This document shows positions 9,186 to 17,659 of a DNA stretch of 32,000 bases, one piece after another. Every line of letters starts with the position of its first letter. The stretch's first letter is position 1. The translations under genes and the position numbers were made by a program. The stretch is from Microcystis aeruginosa NIES-2549. GTDB lineage: Bacteria > Cyanobacteriota > Cyanobacteriia > Cyanobacteriales > Microcystaceae. The DNA is taken from assembly GCF_000981785.2 (NCBI RefSeq), contig NZ_CP011304.1, positions 2,550,001-2,582,000 on the forward strand. Direction: 5' to 3'. The notes below the pieces were generated by a model. That model saw only the letters and a list, made by a program, of their open reading frames with translations. It did not search any database and was not told the DNA's origin.

Positions 9186-10112
9186 CTAGATTAATCCCAA
9201 TAAACTCACCATTAAAGCTTTTTGGGCGTGCATCCGATTCTCCGCTTGTTCCCAGACTTTTGATTGTACACCCTCGATCGCCCCGTCGGTAATTTCTTCA
9301 CCCCGGTGAGCAGGTAAACAATGGAGAATAATCGCGTCTTTGTCAGCGTGACTCATTAGCTGTTCATTGACTTGGTAGGGCTGAAAAACGGGAATTCGGG
9401 CATCAGCGAGGCTTTCCTGTCCCATACTCGCCCAGACATCAGTATAGACCACCTGAGAGTCTTTTACTGCCGTAACGGGATCGTCGGTAATTAAGATTTT
9501 ACTACCGGTTTTCTCGCCAATAGCCTGGGCGCTGGCGACAATTTCCCCATCCGGTTGATAGTTTGCGGGGGAGGCAACCCGCACATTTAGCCCCATCAAA
9601 GCACCACCCAAGAGGAGAGAATTAGCGACATTATTACCATCCCCCACATAGGTGAGGTTAATTCCCCGTAAAGTCTGAAAAGTCTCTTGGATAGTCTGTA
9701 AATCGGCTAATATCTGGCAGGGATGTTCTAAATCCGTTAAAGCGTTGATAATCGGGATGCGCGAGTAATTGGCAAAAGCTTCTAAATCCTCTTGTTTAAA
9801 GGTGCGAACTGCGAGAATATCGAGATAGCGATCGAGTACCCGGGCTGTATCGGCTAAGGGTTCCCCCCGTCCCACTTGGGTTACACTGGGATTAAGATCG
9901 ATCACCTGTCCCCCTAACTGGTACATGGCGACGGTAAAGGAAACCCGGGTCCGGGTGGAAGCTTTATAAAATAGCAATCCCAAGACTTTTTTGCAGCTAG
10001 GGTTAAGAGTGCCAGCTTTAAGCTGTGCCGATAGATTGAGTAGGGCGCTGATTTCTTCGCTACTCATGTCGGTTATTCTTAAAACATCTCGTCCTTTTAA
10101 AGTGGCTACCAT
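9186..10112 (-). CDS. argF: ornithine carbamoyltransferase
   Basis: 308 aa with STRTRVSF (carbamoyl-phosphate site), HPCQILAD, DVWASMG and HCLPAHRGEE. Confidence 0.95.
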   Translation of the reverse strand: MVATLKGRDVLRITDMSSEEISALLNLSAQLKAGTLNPSCKKVLGLLFYKASTRTRVSFTVAMYQLGGQVIDLNPSVTQVGRGEPLADTARVLDRYLDILAVRTFKQEDLEAFANYSRIPIINALTDLEHPCQILADLQTIQETFQTLRGINLTYVGDGNNVANSLLLGGALMGLNVRVASPANYQPDGEIVASAQAIGEKTGSKILITDDPVTAVKDSQVVYTDVWASMGQESLADARIPVFQPYQVNEQLMSHADKDAIILHCLPAHRGEEITDGAIEGVQSKVWEQAENRMHAQKALMVSLLGLI

Positions 10113-10318
10113 TGGTTTTTCTCTCGATAAACAGGGGTCTTGATTGGGTTTTATGGCAGTTAGCGATTAGCAAAAATCTTGAGCAAAGACCTTATTATAA
10201 TCCAGTTTTTTCGTTATTAGGCAATTTTTCCCGAAAATTTTCATTGTGGGGGATGTTAGTCTAGCTAACACCCCCAAATTATCTGTTAAATTAGGTAGGT
10301 GTTAAACATTGTCAGATT

Positions 10319-10422
10319 CACCCCTTATCAAGGCGGCTCCCCCCGCCTATCGGCACCCCCCTTATCAAGGCGGCTCCCCCCGCCTATCGGCACCCCCCTT
10401 ATCAAGGGGGGCAGGGGGGATC
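10319..10422. repeat. tandem 35-37-bp repeat (2 full units plus a variant third) with nested hairpins, immediately 3' of the tubulin-like gene
   Basis: CACCCC(CC)TTATCAAGGCGGCTCCCCCCGCCTATCGG occurs twice, followed by CACCCCCCTTATCAAGGGGGGCAGGGGGGATC. Each unit contains GGCGG-N6-CCGCC, and the last contains CCCCTT-N3-AAGGGG. Confidence 0.85.
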
Positions 10423-10440
10423 AAACCCAAAATCTAATTT

Positions 10441-13400
10441 CTACTTAACTAATTTTGCCCCACACTTAGAACAAAAATTAGACGAGGGCGGGTTTTTGTG
10501 TCCACAATTACCGCAGATAATTAAAGCTGGGTTAGCCACTTCCGTCACCGGAGAAAGAGGAATTTCTCCACCGCTATCCAACTTATAGTTATGGATTAAC
10601 TGCAAAATAATTGCATCTTCCCGTTTATATTCTGTATTGTCTTTTCCTCCTGTTAATTCCTCGGAACGTTGTTGTAAATATTCAATGAAAGTCCGATACA
10701 AAGCTTGTTTTTTCTCTGGAGTGGCTGAATCCTGTAACTTAGCTGTCACCTGACTTTGAATTTTTTCCTTATCTTCGCGACAAGCTTTTACTTCTAACAC
10801 CTGTACCGCGTCTTCCCAACTGGTAGCGATATCGACTTTTTTTAATCCCGTTGCGGTTTTAATTTCATAGCGAATTGTTTTCTCATTAGTGACTCGATTG
10901 ACTTCTGGAAAAAGCACTTTTAAAGCCCGGGCTGTCACCACCAATTGATAAATACTCGGATCTTCGGGAAAAACATCCCAGAAAGGAGGTTCCTTTTGGA
11001 TATGCACGGGGATGGGTAAATCGCGATTTTCTCCCATTTGTTGGGCGCGTTTAGCGAGAATAAATTCTCCTTTCCAGTCCTGATAGGATTGCCGCAGTTC
11101 TCGCATTCCCTCGAGACAGCGTAGGGAAAAACCGCCAATTTCCTGCACGAAGACAAGACGATGTTTTTCCACTTCTGCCAAGGGTTTAATATCGTCTTCG
11201 TTGGGGATAAATTCCCGCAGTTTCGGCATAATTTTTTGGGCTGCTGGGTTATTGGTATTTCTTCCCCCAATCAGGGCAACATTTTGATTTAATTGCGGCG
11301 TAAAACCCGCATCTTTTCCTCGCAAAACCGCAGGATTAAGCATAATTAGTGGTCGCGATTTTTGGTAGGCAATGCGAAGATTATTGATAATATCGGCATC
11401 GTTGTTATAAATTTTTAACAAGCGATCGCAGGCGGATAATTCCTGCTGAATGCGACTACTAGCGGGAGCATTTTGTAGTAGTTGATTAGCTTGGTTTAGG
11501 ATAACTTGTTGAAAATCTCTTTGACGAATATCGGCAATCTCGGTGATGTCAAATAAACGCATATTTTCATCAGCGCGGCGCGTTTCTTTCCAGAGGGGGC
11601 TAGATTGCTTTAAAATCTCTTCTGAGAGGGGTAAACAAAGGTTATCCATACCTGTATCGTAGGCATTTTTGTTGCCGGCAATCCCCGATGCAAATTGTTC
11701 GATAAAGTCTTGATAAAGACCATTTAATTCTTGTCTGTCAAATAATTTAATCCCATTAATTAATAAAGCATCGGCACTATCGATCTGTTGATTAGCTTGG
11801 AGATTAAATAGATCGCGACTTTGAATTAATTTCTGACGGAAGCGATTAAACCGGCTTTCTAATTGATTAAGATGTTCCAGTAAACGATTAATAACCTCTA
11901 CTCCTGCACCTCTGGTTTTTCGTTGAATATTGGCCATTAAATAGCCTTCCAATCCCGTTAAAGCTTCTTCACAATATTCTTCCATCTTATCTTTTTTCGA
12001 GATATGAAGTTTATCTTTGAGATCATTAATTTCCGCTAAGGCTGTATCGTATTCTCGTTGACGTTTACTTTCATTTTGACTCCAAACCTGTTCTTGATCG
12101 CGACGGAATTTTTCTGCTATGTCGGTGAAGATTTGTCGTACTAAAATAATAAAACTCTCGGCAAATTTTACCCCACGGTTCCGATCCTCAAGGATATTAT
12201 AAAACTCCATTTCTAGGGACTTTTTACCCCGTTGAATAATTTCATCTCGGTTACTATAAATCTTTTTCAGGTAATCGCCGTGCAGCCGTTCATCGGGACT
12301 CAATTCTAGTAAATGATTGCGTTTAAATTCCTCGACTCTTGGCGTTAAATAATCATTAATAAATTGCAGAATTTTTCCCTGTTCATTGCCTAAAATATTA
12401 ACACCCTGTTTGGTACAAGATAGCCAATTATCTTGATTGATTTCCTGACGAGTTTCGTTAATCCATTGGGAGATTATGGCAATTAAAGAGCGATCCTTGT
12501 CGGCACATAAATCCATAATTAATTCCCCTTCGCTCAAGCGCATTCTTTTGAGGATATCACCTCTGACTAACTCCAACATTTGAGCGGGTAAAATCACGGA
12601 ATCATTCAGCCACCAATTAATTAAATCTTTGGCTAAACGTTCCGATAAAGAGGCACGAATTTGGGCAATAGGAATTTCAATAGTTGATAGCCCAAAACTC
12701 ATAAATTGCTTAGGATAACCGCGACCCCCAGGGTCAGCTTGCGCCCAAGAACCCTTAATATTATCTCTAATGGAACGCTTATGGGGAGCAAAATCAGAGG
12801 TCATATCTAGGAAGATATTTTGGGCGATCATTTCCCGAATTTGACCGAGTTTAAAATCACCTTCTCCGTTTTTTGTCCCCACTAAGTAAGTAAAATCAAA
12901 GGGGGGTAGCTTACTAACAACTTCATCGACTAAACCGCTGCTAAACTGTTGATGATATTCGGTTCTGTAGTCAGAAAAGTAATTTAATTCCATCAGGGCA
13001 GCGTAACCATTAGCCAAAACTCGATCGCCGACACTAATCCCCGCAAATGCTTCAGGAGTGGGAACAATTGCCGTACTCAAAGGACTACTTTCCCCGCGTA
13101 ACCAATTACGAATACAGTAGCCTAGATCGATTAACATTCCGCTACCTGTACCACCGTTTAAAGACCCCGTAGTAAAGACATTAATAGCAGTATTATTAAC
13201 TTTAATTCCATAGCGATCGAGCATAAAGTTTTCTTGTCCTTTTACCCGTCTCACCGCATCCAGAAATTTTCTTTGGATCTCATGATAATTACAAAATAAA
13301 GCAAAACGTCCACAGGCGCGAATTTGTCCCGCTCCCGCTTCCAGGGAAGTAATATTTCTCTCTAATTCCGGGGGAAACCAACTATTAATCCAGGGATATC

Positions 13401-13677
13401 TATCCATGTCAGATACCATCTCCTGTACCTGTTTTCCACTCACCCGGGCCCAGTGTTTTTCGTTATCTTTAAAAGCACTGCCAGCAGCTTCAGGATTACT
13501 GATTTTATAATCCTTATCCGTGTCAACCACCAAAAAACTGACAATCGGAAAATTGCTCAAACTGCCATAACTTTCCTCGATTAGACGACGCAAGCGCGAT
13601 AAAATTTCGTTACCCGTGCCACCTATACCCACTAAAACCGTGGGAACCATGCTTTTTTCTTCTACTGCTGCTGGCAT
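10441..13677 (-). CDS. giant tubulin/FtsZ-superfamily GTPase-like protein with a long helical region and a C-terminal zinc ribbon
   Basis: 1078 aa. G-loop VLVGIGGTGNEIL (aa 14-26) and tubulin-signature-like GSLNGGTGSGMLIDLG (aa 171-186). The following roughly 800 aa are charged and helical. The C-terminus is CGNCGHKNPPSSNFCSKCG (CxxC-x10-CxxC). An alternative start is M10. Confidence 0.85.
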   Translation of the reverse strand: MPAAVEEKSMVPTVLVGIGGTGNEILSRLRRLIEESYGSLSNFPIVSFLVVDTDKDYKISNPEAAGSAFKDNEKHWARVSGKQVQEMVSDMDRYPWINSWFPPELERNITSLEAGAGQIRACGRFALFCNYHEIQRKFLDAVRRVKGQENFMLDRYGIKVNNTAINVFTTGSLNGGTGSGMLIDLGYCIRNWLRGESSPLSTAIVPTPEAFAGISVGDRVLANGYAALMELNYFSDYRTEYHQQFSSGLVDEVVSKLPPFDFTYLVGTKNGEGDFKLGQIREMIAQNIFLDMTSDFAPHKRSIRDNIKGSWAQADPGGRGYPKQFMSFGLSTIEIPIAQIRASLSERLAKDLINWWLNDSVILPAQMLELVRGDILKRMRLSEGELIMDLCADKDRSLIAIISQWINETRQEINQDNWLSCTKQGVNILGNEQGKILQFINDYLTPRVEEFKRNHLLELSPDERLHGDYLKKIYSNRDEIIQRGKKSLEMEFYNILEDRNRGVKFAESFIILVRQIFTDIAEKFRRDQEQVWSQNESKRQREYDTALAEINDLKDKLHISKKDKMEEYCEEALTGLEGYLMANIQRKTRGAGVEVINRLLEHLNQLESRFNRFRQKLIQSRDLFNLQANQQIDSADALLINGIKLFDRQELNGLYQDFIEQFASGIAGNKNAYDTGMDNLCLPLSEEILKQSSPLWKETRRADENMRLFDITEIADIRQRDFQQVILNQANQLLQNAPASSRIQQELSACDRLLKIYNNDADIINNLRIAYQKSRPLIMLNPAVLRGKDAGFTPQLNQNVALIGGRNTNNPAAQKIMPKLREFIPNEDDIKPLAEVEKHRLVFVQEIGGFSLRCLEGMRELRQSYQDWKGEFILAKRAQQMGENRDLPIPVHIQKEPPFWDVFPEDPSIYQLVVTARALKVLFPEVNRVTNEKTIRYEIKTATGLKKVDIATSWEDAVQVLEVKACREDKEKIQSQVTAKLQDSATPEKKQALYRTFIEYLQQRSEELTGGKDNTEYKREDAIILQLIHNYKLDSGGEIPLSPVTEVANPALIICGNCGHKNPPSSNFCSKCGAKLVK

Positions 13678-13679
13678 AA

Positions 13680-14636
13680 TTATTTAACTCCTAAGGCCAT
13701 TTCTTGACGATTGCGAGGGACTTCGTAGGCGAGGAAATCGTAGGCTAATTTAGTGTTAGGAAAAATTGCCCGCGCTTCCTCTAACAGATTGGAAATATCC
13801 AGAGAATTACCCGGTAGATAACGGGGGCTAAAATGGGTCATTAATAACAATTTTACCCTGGCTGCCAAGGCCACCTGGGCTGCCATCGTCGAAGTGGAGT
13901 GAACACTTTCAAAGGCTAACCCGGCATCTTGGTGTGCAAAAGTCGCCTCATGAATTAACACATCTGCATCGCGTGCCAATTCGATCGATCCTTCACAAAA
14001 AATAGTATCGGTACAGTAGGCAATTTTACGGCCGATTTCCGTTTCCCCGCAGAGAGACTGACCGCGAATTTTTCTGCCATCGGGAAGGGTGACAGTTTCC
14101 CCTTTTTTCAGCTTGCCGTAAATCGGTCCGGGGGGAATACCTAAAGCGTTGGCTTTTTCCACATCAAAACGTCCAGGACGGTCTTTTTCCGCGATGCGAT
14201 AACCGTGGGCGGGAATACGATGTTTTAATAGCTGACAGGAGACGGTAAATTCTTCATCTTCGTAGAGTATGCCGGGGGAAATGGCATGGACACGCACCCG
14301 ATTGGCGAAATTAGTATAGGAATACTTAGCACAAGCACGCAGATAGTCCCCTAGTCCGGGGGGTCCGTAGATATCAATATCCTGAGCAGAACCGGCTAAT
14401 CCGATACTGGCTAACAATCCCATTAAACCAAAGATATGATCCCCGTGCATGTGGGTGATAAAAATGCGTCGGATTTGGGAACTTTTTAGGTCGCTACGCA
14501 GTAACTGGTGTTGAGTTCCTTCTCCACAGTCAAACAGCCATATTTCCGCCCGTTGCGGCAACCGAAGGGCGATACTAGAGACATTACGCGAACGAGTCGG
14601 AACCCCGGAACTGGTTCCTAAAAAAGTAATCTCCAC
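13680..14636 (-). CDS. rnz: ribonuclease Z (tRNA 3' endonuclease, metallo-beta-lactamase fold)
   Basis: 318 aa with N-terminus MEITFLGTSSGVPT, histidine motif ITHMHGDHIFGL and C-terminal LLMTHFSPRY. Confidence 0.93.
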   Translation of the reverse strand: MEITFLGTSSGVPTRSRNVSSIALRLPQRAEIWLFDCGEGTQHQLLRSDLKSSQIRRIFITHMHGDHIFGLMGLLASIGLAGSAQDIDIYGPPGLGDYLRACAKYSYTNFANRVRVHAISPGILYEDEEFTVSCQLLKHRIPAHGYRIAEKDRPGRFDVEKANALGIPPGPIYGKLKKGETVTLPDGRKIRGQSLCGETEIGRKIAYCTDTIFCEGSIELARDADVLIHEATFAHQDAGLAFESVHSTSTMAAQVALAARVKLLLMTHFSPRYLPGNSLDISNLLEEARAIFPNTKLAYDFLAYEVPRNRQEMALGVK

Positions 14637-15142
14637 AGGATAGCTGTCAGGATAGAGGATTCTTTTTCTAGTCTAGGCTGTTTTGATCGATTTCTCGATC
14701 AAATTGCTGCTTTTCTGTATTTGATCACTTGGAAACAGGAAATCCCCTGATTTTGACCTAACTCTGCAATAATTACTCGCAGCCAGAAATACGTTGGTTC
14801 ATATATCATACTTTGTGCTTTTTGTCAAAAAAACTTTTTTTTTGCAATAAAACTACACAAAAAAAAGATCATCGTTGTGGGTGAAATTGACTGATTTACT
14901 CGTCTTAATTAGGATCACCTTGTAGGTGTGGCAAGGGTTTCAACCATTGCCGCCCAAAAAAGCACAAAATAACCCATTATGAAATTCAGTAAAATCGCTG
15001 TAACCATTATAACATCGTTGTTAAATAAAAATCTTTCTCAATTAATTCTTAAGAATTTGTAAATATTGCGGAATGTTAATTTAAATATTCTCAAGCTTTT
15101 GGAGTCAATAAATAATTTTTGCTTATCTTTGTCCAACATCAG

Positions 15143-15345
15143 GTTAGAAGTTAGAAGTTAGAAGTCAGGAGTCAGGAGATTATTTTTATTTATTCTTCCC
15201 ACACCCCACACCCCTCTCCCATCACCCCACACCCCACACCCCACACCCCACACCCGTTCGGACCTCGGACGTTCGGCGAGACTTCGGACGTTCGGCGAGA
15301 CTTCGGCGTGAGCTTTTGTCGAACGCTGATCTCACGGCCGAAGCC
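15143..15345. repeat. composite short-tandem-repeat block inside a 1.1-kb AT-rich gene desert
   Basis: (GTTAGAA)x3 and (GTCAGGA)x2 at 15143-15178. (CCCCACA)n at about 15198-15255. A 19-nt unit ACGTTCGGCGAGACTTCGG occurs twice at about 15269-15306, preceded by a degenerate partial copy. A long imperfect hairpin CTTCGGCGTGAG...CTCACGGCCGAAG lies at about 15301-15343. Confidence 0.85.
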
Positions 15346-15727
15346 CACACCCCATCCCTAGAACGATTTTGGATTGAGAATCCTGAAAATCCTCAAATCC
15401 TGATTAGATTTTGGCTTGTTAGAACTTCCTGTAAATATTGACTTTACTCTGTTTCTTGTTACCTTAATCCTAAAAGTTAGAACGAGATTGTAACAAAAAA
15501 CAACAAAAAATAACAAAAAAAATGATGAAAATTTACAAAAAAGAATCCCAAAAGTGTTGAAAAATAAATCAAGTATGCGTACTATTCAACAAAGTAAAGA
15601 AAAAACCGAATCTTAAAACTGCTGCAAGTGGGTTGGGCGCATTGACATCCTCTCGCAGTATAACAGCGAAGATTGCTAAATCTCACGATTTAGGCTTCTG
15701 CTTCCTTCATCCCTACATACTATAGTT

Positions 15728-15829
15728 ATGACCACACTTCTAGTCCCAGTTTACCTTGATGCCCTCTACCTCCCCACCAAGACAAATGTACTGGAGGAAA
15801 TGACTGATTATCAGCAATTCTCATTTTGA
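15728..15829 (+). pseudogene. 33-codon stub, probably the 5' end of a gene destroyed by the adjacent IS
   Basis: ATG at 15728, translation MTTLLVPVYLDALYLPTKTNVLEEMTDYQQFSF, then TGA at 15827-15829. This is 14 nt before the IS inverted repeat, and possibly at the IS terminus itself if the IR extends to GAAAACAAAAG. Confidence 0.3.
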
Positions 15830-15843
15830 AAACAAAAGAAGAT

Positions 15844-17489
15844 AAAGTTCTCTATGTGAACAAGAGAACTTCTGTCTAATTATCATTTTTTTTCAAGATA
15901 ATCATCATAATTAGCTTCAAGAGACAGTTTTAAAATATCTGCCCATAAATAAACTTATCTCAACTCATAAATTTAGCTGAAATTCTGACCTAATTTGTGG
16001 TTTTTTCAATGAATAAAATAATCTTTCCTTCTCTCGAAAAATTGACATTTTTAACTAGAATTTATTTTTTTGAGCGGGACATATTCGGTAAGAATAAACA
16101 AGAAAAACTCTGACCAATTCTTAAACCAAAAATATTTTAATAAAGTACGAATATCATTAAAAAAACTGGTGCGAGTAACTAATAACTCACGAATATTTTG
16201 ATAAGTATGATTAACTAAATCTAAAACGGTATGAAATAAAAAAGCTAGTAAATTTAAAGACAACAAGAACTCGCATAAATGACTTTGACCATGACCAAAA
16301 TTATGTTCTAAATTATAACCGTGATTTTTAAGAACGTTATTTCCTTCATTCTCAACTTTCCATCTGCTGCGTCCAGCTTTGACAATTTTTTCAACATTAT
16401 TTTCAGTAATTTGATGATTGGTAATCCAATTATTTTGATAGATAATTTTCTGTGTTTTTTCATTAATGACCGTGACTTCACACCAATTAACTTCGAGACT
16501 TGACTCGACCTCTCTCAGAGGAACTCTAGAAACATAACGATAACGATAAATGAGATTCTTTCGTCCATCCCATTGTTTCTTTTCTACGGCTTTAACTTCT
16601 CCACTTTTTTCTAAAAATTCTAGCCATTCATATAAGGTTTTATGAGAAGTTTCAAGACAAACAAAAATAAAATTATAACCTTGTTTTAGAGCTAACTCAC
16701 AGATAGGTTGGCGAGAGTATAAGTCATCTCCTAACAGGGTTACAGGATAACCATACTTCTTTTGATGATTCTTATCTAACCATCTTTTAACAGCCGCATT
16801 TTCACAATCTTGTTTTTGCTGCCCATCTTGTTTTTTAATAAATTCTGGTTCTAAATTAATCACTTGTTTTTGCTCAGGAGAAACCACAATTGGCGTGACG
16901 CAACCATGAAAATAAGTTGTCGTTCCATTACGATGATTGCGGCAATTACAATGGGGACAACTAATTTTCTTTGAAGAAAAATATTCCGTACCATCTAAAG
17001 CTATTAAAATTTCCTCATCTAAGTAGAAAAATTTTTTAATAACTCCCTGTTTTTTTAACCATTGATAGACTTGTTGAAAAGAGCCAAATATTGTGGCAGC
17101 TGGGATAGGATCTAACAGGTTTCTGATTTGATTATCACCAGGTATTTTTTTGATACCAAATAAACTTGAAGCATTATCTTTTCCCTTACTACTTTTCATC
17201 AAACGTTGATGCTCTAAAAAAGAAGGTGACTGAGTAAAAAAAACCGAAAAAGCCGCCTTAACTGCATCTTCTACCTGATATTTGGTATTGTTTCCTGGTT
17301 TTCTGTCATCGGGTAAGTCATGTAATTCTTGAACTAAAAATTGTATTAATTCAGGAATTTCTAAAGTCACAGCCTTTTTCGTCATCGCAGAACAGTTTGA
17401 TTAATTAATATTTCCAACTTAATAATTTTACCTCAACAGACAACAATCATCAATTTTTATTTGGTTCTCTTTCTGATGTAGAGAACTTT
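15844..17489 (-). mobile_element. insertion sequence, about 1.65 kb, single DDE transposase, imperfect 26-bp terminal inverted repeats
   Basis: Left end AAAGTTCTCTATGTGAACAAGAGAAC (15844-15869) versus the reverse complement of the right end AAAGTTCTCTACATCAGAAAGAGAAC (17464-17489), 21/26 identical. Each end is itself a hairpin (GTTCTCT-N9-AGAGAAC). The interior is very AT-rich. No flanking direct repeat was found. Confidence 0.75.
16051..17385 (-). CDS. DDE-type IS transposase (IS4/ISNCY-like; family not verified)
   Basis: 444 aa. It has a CPHC...C zinc-finger-like segment, LLGDDLYS, and the C-terminal RSRWKVENEGNNVLKNHGYNLEHNFGHG block characteristic of RW-x-x-E-N-E DDE transposases. It lies between the inverted repeats. 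Confidence 0.85.
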   Translation of the reverse strand: MTKKAVTLEIPELIQFLVQELHDLPDDRKPGNNTKYQVEDAVKAAFSVFFTQSPSFLEHQRLMKSSKGKDNASSLFGIKKIPGDNQIRNLLDPIPAATIFGSFQQVYQWLKKQGVIKKFFYLDEEILIALDGTEYFSSKKISCPHCNCRNHRNGTTTYFHGCVTPIVVSPEQKQVINLEPEFIKKQDGQQKQDCENAAVKRWLDKNHQKKYGYPVTLLGDDLYSRQPICELALKQGYNFIFVCLETSHKTLYEWLEFLEKSGEVKAVEKKQWDGRKNLIYRYRYVSRVPLREVESSLEVNWCEVTVINEKTQKIIYQNNWITNHQITENNVEKIVKAGRSRWKVENEGNNVLKNHGYNLEHNFGHGQSHLCEFLLSLNLLAFLFHTVLDLVNHTYQNIRELLVTRTSFFNDIRTLLKYFWFKNWSEFFLFILTEYVPLKKINSS

Positions 17490-17659
17490 TGTTCTAGATT
17501 TCTCCCATCTTTCAAATATTTTGAGTATAAATACTCTATATACTCACTTCTCTGCGATGCAGTCGCACTCGCGGGAGCGCATTTTGTAGCTTGCTTAAAG
17601 CTTTGTTTCTGTCTGTATCACTTGTTACTTTTTAAAATGAGAATTGCTGGGATAAATAT

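Noticed and set aside
10319-10422. Possible CRISPR array; the same question applies to the repeat block at 15143-15312
   Set aside because: The repeat units are directly adjacent with no unique spacers, there are only 2-3 units, and no cas genes are present. These are tandem repeats/STRs.
10935-11270. 111-aa minus-strand ORF inside the tubulin-like gene, and 16321-16503 (+) inside the transposase
   Set aside because: These are nested alternative-frame or antisense ORFs with no independent support.
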